This document shows positions 1 to 8,894 of a stretch of 45,278 nt of DNA, one piece after another. The stretch lies in the NCBI GenBank assembly GCA_037442925.1, contig JBBIPG010000013.1, positions 1 to 45,278 of the forward strand, read 5' to 3'. Source of the stretch: Candidatus Fraserbacteria bacterium. GTDB taxonomy: Bacteria > Bipolaricaulota > Bipolaricaulia > RBG-16-55-9. Both the position numbers and the translations under genes were made by a program. The notes beneath the pieces are model-generated. The model worked only from the letters and a program-made list of their open reading frames with translations, made no database searches and had not been told where the DNA came from. The stretch's first letter is position 1. The number at the start of each line of letters is the position of its first letter.

Positions 1-73
1 GACCTCCTTTGTGAGTGTGATGACTCATCTTGAAGGAGCCCTCTTGGTGTCTCAACATTTCTACCTCACCCCT

Positions 74-99
74 TTTTACACACCAAACTCTACACTACC
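74..99 (-). mobile_element. Probable terminal inverted repeat of an IS256-family insertion sequence; the body of the element lies left of the window
   Basis: Minus strand reads GGTAGTGTAGAGTTTGGTGTGTAAAA, resembling IS256-family ends. A minus-strand RBS (AAAGGAGGTC, 1-10) points to a gene starting just outside the window. The partner IR and transposase are not visible. Confidence 0.5.
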
Positions 100-100
100 G

Positions 101-178
101 GAATCACTGGCGGTGGTAGAGCCGGGAGAATTGGTGCAGCGGGTGAGAGAGCACCTAGCGAAGCTTACTGAGTCGTAG
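101..178 (+). pseudogene. 3' remnant of a gene truncated by the IS; possibly the C-terminus of a PIN-domain protein
   Basis: Start-less frame ESLAVVEPGELVQRVREHLAKLTES* begins right at the IS end and stops 11 nt before the UPF0175 gene. The PIN assignment is from resemblance only. Confidence 0.3.
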
Positions 179-189
179 CGATTGGCTCA

Positions 190-489
190 ATGACCATGAG
201 AACAGTCAGTATCCGGCTTGGAGAAGAGGAAATCAAGAAGATTCAGGCGCTGAGCCGACAGGATAAGAAAGATAAATCCATGGTGATCCGAGAGCTGATC
301 CGACAGGGCTTAGTTTATAGGTTTTTGCAGGAATATCGGGAGGGCAGGAAGTCGCTGGGTACGCTGGCCGATGACCTTGGGATTTCGTTAAGCGCTACTA
401 TTGATCTTTTAGCAGAGTTGGGAATTGAGTCACCGTTGGAATATAAAGATTATCTGGAAAGCTTAGGGGCACTGAGACACGTCGAGTAA
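190..489 (+). CDS. UPF0175-family / ribbon-helix-helix putative antitoxin
   Basis: N-terminal RHH pattern (TVSIRL..E...I..L...DKS.VIRELIRQG) followed by YREGRKSLGTLADDLGIS, typical of UPF0175. Confidence 0.75.
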   Translation: MTMRTVSIRLGEEEIKKIQALSRQDKKDKSMVIRELIRQGLVYRFLQEYREGRKSLGTLADDLGISLSATIDLLAELGIESPLEYKDYLESLGALRHVE

Positions 490-568
490 GCACACTTATG
501 CTTGCCCACCGTGAGGGCTTCCATTGTATCATCGGTCGGTGTACGCCAGTTAGCAGAGGGGAGGCACC

Positions 569-1012
569 ATGTACAAAGACCTCCATTTGAAGATCATCGA
601 GAAACTAAGACGCGATGGGCGAGCCAGCTTGCGCGAGATCGCCCAAGAGTTGCACACCTCCACTACTACTATCAGTAAACATCTGGATCGTCTGAAAGAT
701 CAGGGCATTCTGCGTGGCTTCAAGCCCGTACTCGATTACTCCAAGCTGGGATTTCCCATCACCATCGTCACGCAGATCAAAGCCAAGGGCAATCTCATCC
801 CAAAGATCGTCGAGTCGCTCAAACAAGATGACTGCCTCACCCACGTCTATGAGATCACCGGTGAGTTCGACATCCTCGTCATTGGGAAATTCCGGGATCA
901 AGAGAGCATGAACCGCGAGATCAAACGACTCTTGAGCCACCCGGCCATCGAAGAGACGAATACATCGGTCGTGCTCTCCATTGTCAAGGAAGATGCGGAA
1001 ATCCGGTTGTAA
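569..1012 (+). CDS. Lrp/AsnC-family transcriptional regulator
   Basis: HTH LRRDGRASLREIAQEL, LDYSKLGF linker, and RAM-domain motif VYEITGEFD; RBS GGGGAGG. Confidence 0.93.
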   Translation: MYKDLHLKIIEKLRRDGRASLREIAQELHTSTTTISKHLDRLKDQGILRGFKPVLDYSKLGFPITIVTQIKAKGNLIPKIVESLKQDDCLTHVYEITGEFDILVIGKFRDQESMNREIKRLLSHPAIEETNTSVVLSIVKEDAEIRL

Positions 1013-1048
1013 TCGGGCGTACGTGTTCGAAAGTGGGTGAGAAGGCTA

Positions 1049-1078
1049 TTGACAGGGGATAGGCCGTTGAGGCATAAT
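1049..1078 (+). promoter_or_regulatory. Sigma70-type promoter for the Crp-family gene
   Basis: TTGACA(1049-1054)-N18-CATAAT(1073-1078). Confidence 0.55.
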
Positions 1079-1122
1079 ACAGCCAGAAGATCCATCTTAA
1101 ATCCAGGCGGGTGGTGAGAGGG

Positions 1123-1797
1123 ATGGTAGCGCTTCATGATTTCAAGGTATTCTCTGACTTAACTCCGAAGGACTTGACGGCGCTGGAGAGCTTGGTCCGT
1201 CGGATCAAGTACGGGCAAGGGGAGATCATCTTTCAAGAGGGAGCACCGGCCTTTGGCTTCTATCTCGTCTTCGAGGGTCGCGCCAAGCTCGTCAAGCGCA
1301 CCTTGGGGGGCAAGAAGCAGATCCTCAAACTCATCGGTCCAGGAGAGATCCTGGGCGAGACGACACTCTTCGATAAGGGCGTTCACATCGCCTATGCCAA
1401 GACGCTCACCAAGTCCGAAGTGGGTTTCTTGGAGCGAGGGGATTTCTTTGCGTTCATCGAGCGTCATCCGCCGGTGGTCTTCCGCATGTTCGAAAAACTT
1501 TCCGAGGAGCTGAAGGCCTTCCAGTGCAAGCTGGCAGAGCGCTCCTATAACGGGAGCAAGGAGAGATTGGCCCGAATCATCCTCAAGTTGGGTGAAAGCG
1601 GCATCGAGCTCTCGCGGACGGAGCTTGCCGAGATGGCCGGTGTCTCATCGAAGACCGCCATCCGCACGCTGGGAGAGCTCGAGGATCGAGGAGTCATCGC
1701 GGTGGACGACCGAGCGATCTCTGTGATCGATCCGGAGAGCTTGCAGAAGATGGCTGAGCCCTTTCCCTTTGTGCTCAATGACAGCCTGATCATCTAG
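1123..1797 (+). CDS. Crp/Fnr-family transcriptional regulator
   Basis: cNMP-binding fold (IIFQEG..GFYLVFEG...GPGEILGE) and C-terminal HTH (LSRTELAEMAGVSSKTAIR). ATG 1123 after GAGAGGG is preferred over GTG 1111. Confidence 0.92.
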   Translation: MVALHDFKVFSDLTPKDLTALESLVRRIKYGQGEIIFQEGAPAFGFYLVFEGRAKLVKRTLGGKKQILKLIGPGEILGETTLFDKGVHIAYAKTLTKSEVGFLERGDFFAFIERHPPVVFRMFEKLSEELKAFQCKLAERSYNGSKERLARIILKLGESGIELSRTELAEMAGVSSKTAIRTLGELEDRGVIAVDDRAISVIDPESLQKMAEPFPFVLNDSLII

Positions 1798-1940
1798 CGG
1801 CATTGGGTTGACAAATTGGGTAGACAAACGAGCCGCCTCCTTGGGACAGGTGTCCTTTCCGGAGAGTACGCCGGCTCCTACACTCAGTCAAGCGGCTCCA
1901 AAGAGAGCTGAACCTATTTGGATGAGGAAGGACCGGCCGT

Positions 1941-3722
1941 ATGAGCGGGTTGACTAGAGCGTGGAAACTCCTCGCTACGTTTGTTATTTATGCCCTTGTG
2001 CTTGGGATTCTCATGGGGCTCAATGTGCGCTCTCCCAAGTTCATCTTCACTCTTTTGGGAATTAGCTTCTTGATCTGCTCGCTCTTTTGGGAAGTGCGGG
2101 GCGGCGTGATCTTGGGGGTTCTTACGGCGCTGCTTTCGCTGCCCTTGCTACCGGCAGAAGGGTCATCGCTCAGCTGGGTGGCTGGATTTGGCGTGGGGGC
2201 GGTTCTTACGGGGGGAGCCATTGGCTGGATGAATCGCGGTGAACGCAGGCAGCCGCAACAGAAGCGGCTCCGCCTCTATCCGGCGGATGTGTTCCAGAGG
2301 GCCATCAATCCCATGCTGATCGTCGATCTCCACGGTCGCGTGCTCGAGCGCAACGATCGAGCCGTCGAGCTTTTGGGTTCGGTGAAGCATCTTTCGGAGT
2401 TCATTCACATCGACGATCTCGAACGGGCTCGTGCCGAACTGGAACGAGCCGTGAGCCTGGGAGAGGCCAATGGACTTGAGCTGAGGGCCGTCTCTTGGGA
2501 CAAAGAGACGTTACCCGCCGAGATCCGCATGCGTAGACTCGCCGCCGATCAGGTCTGGGTAGAGATCCGCGATCTCTCGGATCGACTCGAGCTGGAACGC
2601 AAACTCTGGGAGACCGAGGCCCGCTACCGTTATCTTATTGAGGACGCCATTGACACGCTCGATACCGGCATCATGCTCTTGGATCGGGACAAGCAAGTGA
2701 TCTGGGCAAACCAGACCATCGGGTATCTGTTCCATCTGGATCGGGATGAGTTGATCGGGGTCGATCTACGAAGAATTCTCAGCCAAGTGCAGCCGCGGAT
2801 GCCGGACGCTGGGGCATTCGATCGGATTCTGGATCCGGGTGAAGAGGGCTTCGTGTTCACGCTGCGAAATGACTTTGAAGAGAGGATCCTCGAGTTTCGC
2901 TCTCTGCCCATTGAGACCGAGCGCTATCGTGGCGGCCGTATCGATCACTACATCGATCTCACAGAGCTCAAGAAGCTCGAACGCGAGTTGGTCGAGAAGA
3001 CCAAACGACTGGAAGAGAGCAACCACCAGCTCGAAGAATTCTCTCACGTCGTCTCGCACGACCTCAAGCAGCCGCTAAGAACCATTCAAGCGTATACCCA
3101 GTTCCTCATCGAAGATTACCGGGAGAAGCTGGATGAACAGGGGTTGAACTATCTCCAGTCGCTCCAGCGATCCTCCGTGCGCATGAAGAATCTCATTGGA
3201 GATCTTCTGAAGCTCGCTAGCATCGGGAGCAAGCGTGAGCCATTGGAGCCCGTCGATGTGAAGGATGTCTTAGCAGAGGTCCATGAAGATCTGGGAGCTC
3301 TCCTAAACGGAGTGGAATTTGTGTGCCCCGAGGAGTTACCCGTGATTGTGGCCAACCGGACACGCATGGCCGAACTCTTTGCGAATCTCATCTCCAACGC
3401 CGTCAAGTACAACGACAAGCCCAACAAGCAAGTGGCCATCGGTTGGGAAGAGCAATCCGATGGCGATGTCTTCTACGTGCGAGACAACGGCATGGGGATT
3501 GAGGAGCGCTATCAAGACCGTGTGTTTGAGCTATTCGAGAGACTCAACCCGCGTGATGATCCGGAGAGTACCGGTGCGGGACTGGCCATCTGCAAACGCA
3601 TTGTGAACGAGATCGGTGGTCGAATCTGGGTGGAATCTGAGGTGGGACGGGGTAGCACCTTCTATTTCCGTGTGCCCAAGCGATCCCGAGTTGGGGTGCA
3701 GGTCGTCCATCAGAGTACGTGA
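1941..3722 (+). CDS. Membrane-anchored PAS-domain sensor histidine kinase
   Basis: N-terminal TM helices, two PAS-like regions, H-box FSHVVSHDLKQPLR, N-box NLISNAVKY, G1 DNGMGI, G2 GAGLAIC. Confidence 0.93.
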   Translation: MSGLTRAWKLLATFVIYALVLGILMGLNVRSPKFIFTLLGISFLICSLFWEVRGGVILGVLTALLSLPLLPAEGSSLSWVAGFGVGAVLTGGAIGWMNRGERRQPQQKRLRLYPADVFQRAINPMLIVDLHGRVLERNDRAVELLGSVKHLSEFIHIDDLERARAELERAVSLGEANGLELRAVSWDKETLPAEIRMRRLAADQVWVEIRDLSDRLELERKLWETEARYRYLIEDAIDTLDTGIMLLDRDKQVIWANQTIGYLFHLDRDELIGVDLRRILSQVQPRMPDAGAFDRILDPGEEGFVFTLRNDFEERILEFRSLPIETERYRGGRIDHYIDLTELKKLERELVEKTKRLEESNHQLEEFSHVVSHDLKQPLRTIQAYTQFLIEDYREKLDEQGLNYLQSLQRSSVRMKNLIGDLLKLASIGSKREPLEPVDVKDVLAEVHEDLGALLNGVEFVCPEELPVIVANRTRMAELFANLISNAVKYNDKPNKQVAIGWEEQSDGDVFYVRDNGMGIEERYQDRVFELFERLNPRDDPESTGAGLAICKRIVNEIGGRIWVESEVGRGSTFYFRVPKRSRVGVQVVHQST

Positions 3723-3738
3723 AAGGAGGAGGCCCTGT

Positions 3739-4197
3739 ATGAAAGCCAAAAAGCTACGGATTCTCCTCGTGGAGGATAATCCCGAAGATGTCTTGATCGC
3801 GGAGCGCTCGCTCATGAAGGCCAATATGCGGGACAAGAGTGAGCTCTTTATCGTGCGGGATGGACAAGAGGCGCTGGATTTCCTCCGCCACAAGGGGAAG
3901 TTCACGGAGGCCGCAAGGCCCGATCTCATTTTGCTGGACCTCAAGCTCCCGAAGGTGAACGGACATGAGGTGCTCGCCGAGATTAAGGCCGACGAGCATC
4001 TACGACGCATACCCGTGATTGTGCTTACCGTAAGCGAACGCGAGGAGGACATGGTCAAAGCCTACAACTCCGGCGCTTCCGGCTACATCACGAAGCCGCC
4101 CAGCTCGGCCGAGTTCGCCAAAGTGATCGAGACGGTTCTCGATTACTGGCGAATCTCTGAACTGCCGTCCCAGAGCGGCAATGGGGAGAGCCACTAG
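3739..4197 (+). CDS. Single-domain response regulator (Rcp1-like)
   Basis: ILLVEDN, LILLDLKLPKVNG and YITKP motifs; RBS AAAGGAGGAGG before ATG 3739. Confidence 0.92.
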   Translation: MKAKKLRILLVEDNPEDVLIAERSLMKANMRDKSELFIVRDGQEALDFLRHKGKFTEAARPDLILLDLKLPKVNGHEVLAEIKADEHLRRIPVIVLTVSEREEDMVKAYNSGASGYITKPPSSAEFAKVIETVLDYWRISELPSQSGNGESH

Positions 4198-4228
4198 GGC
4201 TTTCCACCCATTTTTCACCTTCTGGTCA

Positions 4229-4258
4229 TTGCTTTTCCACCGAGCGGTTTCTTATGAT
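4229..4258 (+). promoter_or_regulatory. Putative sigma70 promoter of the candidate ncRNA
   Basis: TTGCTT(4229-4234)-N18-TATGAT(4253-4258); the structured region starts about 6 nt downstream. Confidence 0.5.
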
Positions 4259-4263
4259 TTCGT

Positions 4264-4628
4264 GTGGTCAGGAGGGGAGTACTCCACCAAGCGATCTCCA
4301 TAAGCCCTGAGGGACACCGAGCACCTCAGAACCCGACCAACTGGCTTTCGGCGATGAACCGAGGTTCTTCGTCCTCCCTCGCCGAGAGAAGTAACGTGAA
4401 GGGGATGATCGCTCATAGGAGGGAGTGCACAGTCCGTGACAAGGCGTCAGCCGGAACTGATTGACCAGGGTTTTGCTGCGCTGTTCCTGCCAACCTCCTT
4501 CAGCGCAGATTTTTCCCCAGTCCGGATCCGGCCGGGGTTCGAATCCCCAGGGGCGAGGGAAACCGTAGACCCCTTCTGTGGTTGCTAACCTCATTCCCGG
4601 GAAGGCGGGGCGCCCTCCCCGCCTTCCC
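4264..4628 (+). ncRNA. Candidate large structured non-coding RNA of unknown class
   Basis: Many nested or serial helices with G-U pairs favouring the + strand, a T-loop-like hairpin, an upstream promoter-like site and a terminal 12-bp hairpin. No credible ORF. Confidence 0.6.
4599..4628. terminator. Strong GC hairpin between the ncRNA candidate and the convergent lut operon
   Basis: GGGAAGGCGGGG-cgccct-CCCCGCCTTCCC, a perfect 12-bp stem; no clear U-tract on either strand. Confidence 0.45.
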
Positions 4629-4709
4629 ACCTGCCTTCTAATGTAAGGCTCTTCCCTTTGGCTTGCGGCTGGAAAGACGATACGTACGAACGAGAAGTTT
4701 GTCTGTAGC

Positions 4710-6860
4710 CTACGATACCTTCTGTGCTTCGTGCTCGAGAAGCTCTGCCATCAGTACGATGGGGTGAATGGCTGCCCTGCCTGTGGCCTCTTGAATTTGG
4801 GCGCGACAGGAGAAGCCACTAGCTATGATTCGTCCCTCAAGCCCCTCCAGCTTTCTGGCGAGCTTTTGAGCCAGATGTCGTGAAAGACCGGCATACTCTC
4901 TCTTATACCCAAACGACCCCGCCATACCGCAGCACGATACCTCGACAGCCTGTGCATTCAGATTGGGGAATGAGTTCAAGAATTCAATGACAGCCGTGTT
5001 GCCACCGGTGGCCTTCTGCTGACAGTGGCCGTGGAAGATCACTTTCATCTTCTGTTGCTCACTGACGAGTTCAGAATTCCAACGTAGCTCCCCCCGCCGA
5101 CGCAGCAGCGCCAGATACTCCATGATTTCATAACTAGCCTGAGCGACCTTCTCGGCAGCATCGCTTTCTAACAGGTGATGATAGTCTGCTTGTATAGCAG
5201 AGATGCAGCTGGGTTCGACACCGACGATGTCATACCCTTCATCGATGAGCGCTAAGAGCACGGAGACATTGTGTTCTGCGTTCTTTCGGGCTTCTTCGAT
5301 GAATCCCTGTGACAGAGCCGCGCGACCGCAACACCGATATGGAACCAGTCGCACGCGCACGCCGCTTCGTTCCAAGACGTTCACGGCAGCCCGTGCCACT
5401 TCGGGATCAAAGTGATTCGTGAAGCAGTCAGGAAAGAAGGCTACTTTTCTGGCGCCATTCGCCGTCAAACGTTGCGGGTTTCTTCGTTTCTCGAACCATC
5501 TCACGAAAGTCTGCCTTTGAAACGTCGGCAGCGCTCGGCTAGGGTCAATGTGAAAGAGCTTGCCGAGCAGAGTACGCGTAAGTGGCTGCCTAAGCCACCA
5601 GTTGCTGAGCGGTGCTAGACGGCTCCCCCAAGCGTTGAGATGCTCCGTTCGTCCGAAGAGTTTCTGAGACAGGCTCACTCGGCTGTCCAGCTTCTGGGCC
5701 TTGTGACGTATGATCGTATTTAGCCAAGGGATGTCGATCTTGACGGGACAAACTTCGGTGCAGCGGGCGCAGGTCGTACAGAGCCCATTGAAATGCGCGG
5801 CGGCCTTGAGTCCACTGACACCCGCTTCCCAGGCACAGCCGATGCCACCCATGTACGTCCGCCCGCCATAGACGTGTCCGCCTACTCCCTGATAGGGCGC
5901 ACAGATGTTGAGACACGCCCCACAGCGGATGCAATACAGAGTTTCGCGCAAATCCGGATCGTTCCGCAGCCGACTACGCCCATTGTCGATGATCACGAGA
6001 TGAAACTCGCGGTTTCCCTCTGACAAGCGACCACTAGGGCCACTCAAGAGAGAAATATAGCTCGTGAGTTTTTGCCCCGTGCCGCTGCGAGGCAAGAGTG
6101 CCAAGTACACCAGCAGGTCATCCAATGACGGAATCACTTTTTCAATGCCCATCAGCGCCACATGTATCGGCGGCAGTTGCGTCGTGAGCCGGATGTTGCC
6201 CTCGTTCTCAACCAACACGATCGTGCCTGTCTCCGCGATGGCGAAATTCACCCCTGTGATGCCCATATCTGCTGAGAGAAAAGCGTTTCGTAGCGCGTTT
6301 CGCGCAAGATGGGTCAAAGCCTGCACGTCCCTCGGTGGCTCCGGGAGCTTCAGCCAGCGAGCAAAGAGCTCCGCTACCTCTTCCTTCGTCTTGTGTATCG
6401 CCGGGCCGATGAGGTGGGAGGGCCTTTCGCGAGCCAGTTGCACGATACGCTCTCCCATGTCCGTCTCGATGACCTCAAGGCTGGCCTCCTCCAGAGCATG
6501 ATTGAGGTCGATCTCTTCTGCCGTCATCGATTTGGATTTCACAATTCGCTTGACCTTGTGGCGCTTGGCCAACTCCATGATATAGCGACACGCCTGCGCC
6601 CCATCTTGGGCGAAGTAGACCGTCCCGCCGTTTCCTTCCACTCTTTCCTTAAGGATTTTCAGATACTCGTCAAGATTTGCGATCGTCTCTTCTTTGATGT
6701 GACGCGCTTGGGTCCGAAGCTTCTCGTATTCTGGGAAATCTTGAAAGGCGAGATGGCGCAGGAAGCTTATGCCTTCCGTGACTCGCCCTAAGGCCTCCTG
6801 CAGATTCGCGTTGTGGATTGCCCCTTGAATCTCTTGCGCCATCGGGTCTCGCCCTTTCAT
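4710..6860 (-). CDS. lutB: LutB/LldF lactate-utilisation Fe-S protein fused to C-terminal CCG (LutA/GlcF-like) domains
   Basis: LUD domain (VKSKSM..EEI, ETDMGE, ENEGN), CIRCGACLNIC and CTTCARCTEVCP ferredoxin motifs, then CCGRA and CCGMAGSFG. Confidence 0.85.
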   Translation of the reverse strand: MKGRDPMAQEIQGAIHNANLQEALGRVTEGISFLRHLAFQDFPEYEKLRTQARHIKEETIANLDEYLKILKERVEGNGGTVYFAQDGAQACRYIMELAKRHKVKRIVKSKSMTAEEIDLNHALEEASLEVIETDMGERIVQLARERPSHLIGPAIHKTKEEVAELFARWLKLPEPPRDVQALTHLARNALRNAFLSADMGITGVNFAIAETGTIVLVENEGNIRLTTQLPPIHVALMGIEKVIPSLDDLLVYLALLPRSGTGQKLTSYISLLSGPSGRLSEGNREFHLVIIDNGRSRLRNDPDLRETLYCIRCGACLNICAPYQGVGGHVYGGRTYMGGIGCAWEAGVSGLKAAAHFNGLCTTCARCTEVCPVKIDIPWLNTIIRHKAQKLDSRVSLSQKLFGRTEHLNAWGSRLAPLSNWWLRQPLTRTLLGKLFHIDPSRALPTFQRQTFVRWFEKRRNPQRLTANGARKVAFFPDCFTNHFDPEVARAAVNVLERSGVRVRLVPYRCCGRAALSQGFIEEARKNAEHNVSVLLALIDEGYDIVGVEPSCISAIQADYHHLLESDAAEKVAQASYEIMEYLALLRRRGELRWNSELVSEQQKMKVIFHGHCQQKATGGNTAVIEFLNSFPNLNAQAVEVSCCGMAGSFGYKREYAGLSRHLAQKLARKLEGLEGRIIASGFSCRAQIQEATGRAAIHPIVLMAELLEHEAQKVS

Positions 6861-7393
6861 GGCAGGACCACCGCGTGTATCTCTTTGGGTCCGTGCACGC
6901 CCAAGATCAACGTCTGCTCGATGTCCGCTGTACGGCTGGGACCGGTGATCAAAACGAATTCTTTGTGCCCTTGCGCAAAAGCCAGCTTCACGTCTATAAA
7001 GGCCTCCGCAAGGGTAAGACGCATCTGAGATTCTCTCAAGAAAGCTATATGCACGGGAGGCAATATGCTCGCCACTCCACCGTCGCCCGCTTCTCCGTCT
7101 AGCAACAATGTGCCGGAATCGGCGATGGCTACGAGCACTCCTGTTAGGCCGATCTCCGCTTTGTGGACGTCATCGGCCTCTTCGTCTATCACTTCCACAC
7201 TTGTCTGCTTTAGAACTCGTTCTAGTCCCAACTCGTCTGACAGGGGGAAGTTTGATAAGATGACCCGTTTGGCTCGATGGCGTCGGAGCACGTCTACGAG
7301 ATACCCAATGGCCTCTTCCCGATTGTTGACGGCCTTGGCGACCCCACCCACTTTTGCCAGTTCCGAGGCGAATCGCTCGACTAAGGCGTTAAT
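6857..7393 (-). CDS. lutC: LutC/LldG LUD-domain protein; start possibly ATT at 7393, otherwise GTG at 7351
   Basis: IADSGTL and ITGPSRTADIEQTLILGVHGP motifs. The frame extends to ATT 7393 with SD AAGGGAG 7 nt upstream. Confidence 0.85.
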   Translation of the reverse strand: MNALVERFASELAKVGGVAKAVNNREEAIGYLVDVLRRHRAKRVILSNFPLSDELGLERVLKQTSVEVIDEEADDVHKAEIGLTGVLVAIADSGTLLLDGEAGDGGVASILPPVHIAFLRESQMRLTLAEAFIDVKLAFAQGHKEFVLITGPSRTADIEQTLILGVHGPKEIHAVVLP

Positions 7394-8894
7394 GCTTGAA
7401 CTCCCTTATCCGCGTGAAGACCATGGCGATACCGTACTCGTCGGCAGCCACGATCACTTCCTCATCGCGCAGCGACCCCCCCGGCTCAATGATGGCAGCC
7501 ACACCCCCTTGAGCAGCAATCAGAACGTTGTCTTTGAAGGGGAAGAAAGCATCTGAGGCAAGCACACTGCCTCGCGCGTGCTCACCGGCCTTGCGGACGG
7601 CGATCTCCGTTGCGTCCACGCGGCTCACTTGTCCACCGCTGATACTGACGGTGCATTCGTCTTTGGCCAGCACAATCGCATTCGATTTGACGTGCTTGAC
7701 AACCTTCCAGGCGAAGAGCAGGTCCTTCATCTGCTCCGGCGTAGGTCGTCTCTCGGTGACCACATGGAGATCCTCTGGGGCTACGACTTTGTGGCTGGGC
7801 GTCTGTGCGAGAACCCCAAAGGAGGTCGTGCGCAATTCCGTGACCGAATCGAAGAGCTGAGAAGGAGCGTGCAACAGTCGCAAATTGGTCTTTCCCTTCA
7901 GTGTTTCCAAGGCGTCCTCGGAGAAATCCGGTGCCACGACCACCTCGAAGAAATGCTGGGCGATCAACGCAGCCGTTGGCCCATCGACCATCTCATTGAG
8001 GCCGATGATCCCTCCAAAGGCTGATTTGGGATCGGCTGCATAGGCCCTCCGAAAGGCTTCGTTGAGATCTTTACCGGAGGCGACTCCGCAGGGGCTGGTG
8101 TGCTTGATGATGACAGCCGTGGGCCGTTCGAATTCAAAGGCGCACTTCATGGCCGCATCGGCATCGAGGATGTTCACGAAAGACAGCTCTTTGCCTTGAA
8201 GTTGCACGGGTGCGGCACTCCCATAAAGAGCCCCTGCTTGATGAGGGTTTTCGCCGTAGCGCAGCGTCAGGCGCTTCGGCTCCGCCACCATCAGCAGCTC
8301 GGGCAGAGGCTCTTTGGAAAACCAGCGAGCGATCATCGCGTTATAGCGAGTCACATGCTGAAAAGCCTTTTCAGCTAATGAGCGAGACGTCGCTTCGCTT
8401 AAGCCTTTGGATGTGCGAAGCTCATCGAGAATGCGTGGATAATCGCCCGGATCGACGAGGACTCCCACGGCTGAGAAATTCTTGGCGGCTGCCCGGATGA
8501 GGGTCTCACCGCCGATATCCACCCATTCCATCGCTTCTGTTGCGGGCGTCTTTTGACTCACTTTTGCTTCAAAGGGATAGAGGTTGACGACGACGAGATC
8601 GATGGGCTCAATGTGTTGGCGCTTGAGTTCTTCGAGATGCCCAGGGTCATCACGTCTTGCGAGTATCCCTGCGTGGATCTTGGGATGAAGCGTCTTCACC
8701 CGGCCTCCCAAAAGCTCCGGCTGGCCGGTATACTCTGAGATTTCCGTCACGTTGAGGCCGTTTTTCTTGAGGAGTTCCGCTGTACCTCCGGAGGCGAGCA
8801 ACTCTACCTGAAGTGTAGTGAGTCCTTGGGCGAAGGTTTCCAGTCCTGTCTTATCCGAGACACTGAGCAGCGCACGCCGTATGCGGATCATCAT
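7389..8894 (-). CDS. purH: Bifunctional AICAR transformylase / IMP cyclohydrolase
   Basis: ALLSVSDKTG, GGRVKTLHP, LRYGENPHQ, VKSNAIV and ASDAFFPF motifs. Confidence 0.97.
   Translation of the reverse strand: MMIRIRRALLSVSDKTGLETFAQGLTTLQVELLASGGTAELLKKNGLNVTEISEYTGQPELLGGRVKTLHPKIHAGILARRDDPGHLEELKRQHIEPIDLVVVNLYPFEAKVSQKTPATEAMEWVDIGGETLIRAAAKNFSAVGVLVDPGDYPRILDELRTSKGLSEATSRSLAEKAFQHVTRYNAMIARWFSKEPLPELLMVAEPKRLTLRYGENPHQAGALYGSAAPVQLQGKELSFVNILDADAAMKCAFEFERPTAVIIKHTSPCGVASGKDLNEAFRRAYAADPKSAFGGIIGLNEMVDGPTAALIAQHFFEVVVAPDFSEDALETLKGKTNLRLLHAPSQLFDSVTELRTTSFGVLAQTPSHKVVAPEDLHVVTERRPTPEQMKDLLFAWKVVKHVKSNAIVLAKDECTVSISGGQVSRVDATEIAVRKAGEHARGSVLASDAFFPFKDNVLIAAQGGVAAIIEPGGSLRDEEVIVAADEYGIAMVFTRIREFKH

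Noticed and set aside
1830..1900. Possible riboswitch upstream of the histidine kinase (GAGCCGC/GCGGCTC stem, GGACA-GG-TGTCC palindrome)
   Set aside because: Short stems expected by chance at this GC content, and no recognisable aptamer consensus.
4264..4628. tmRNA, RNase P RNA, SRP RNA, tRNA or T-box identity for the structured region
   Set aside because: CTCCACCA (4282-89), the T-arm (4534-48) and GGGGCGA occur in an order fitting neither standard nor permuted tmRNA, and there is no tag ORF. GAGGAAAGTCC, the SRP GGAA loop, a cloverleaf and the T-box bulge are all absent.
4264..4630. ORFs 4264..4464 (+) and 4268..4630 (-)
   Set aside because: No SD and no protein-like motifs; better explained as by-products of GC-rich structured sequence.
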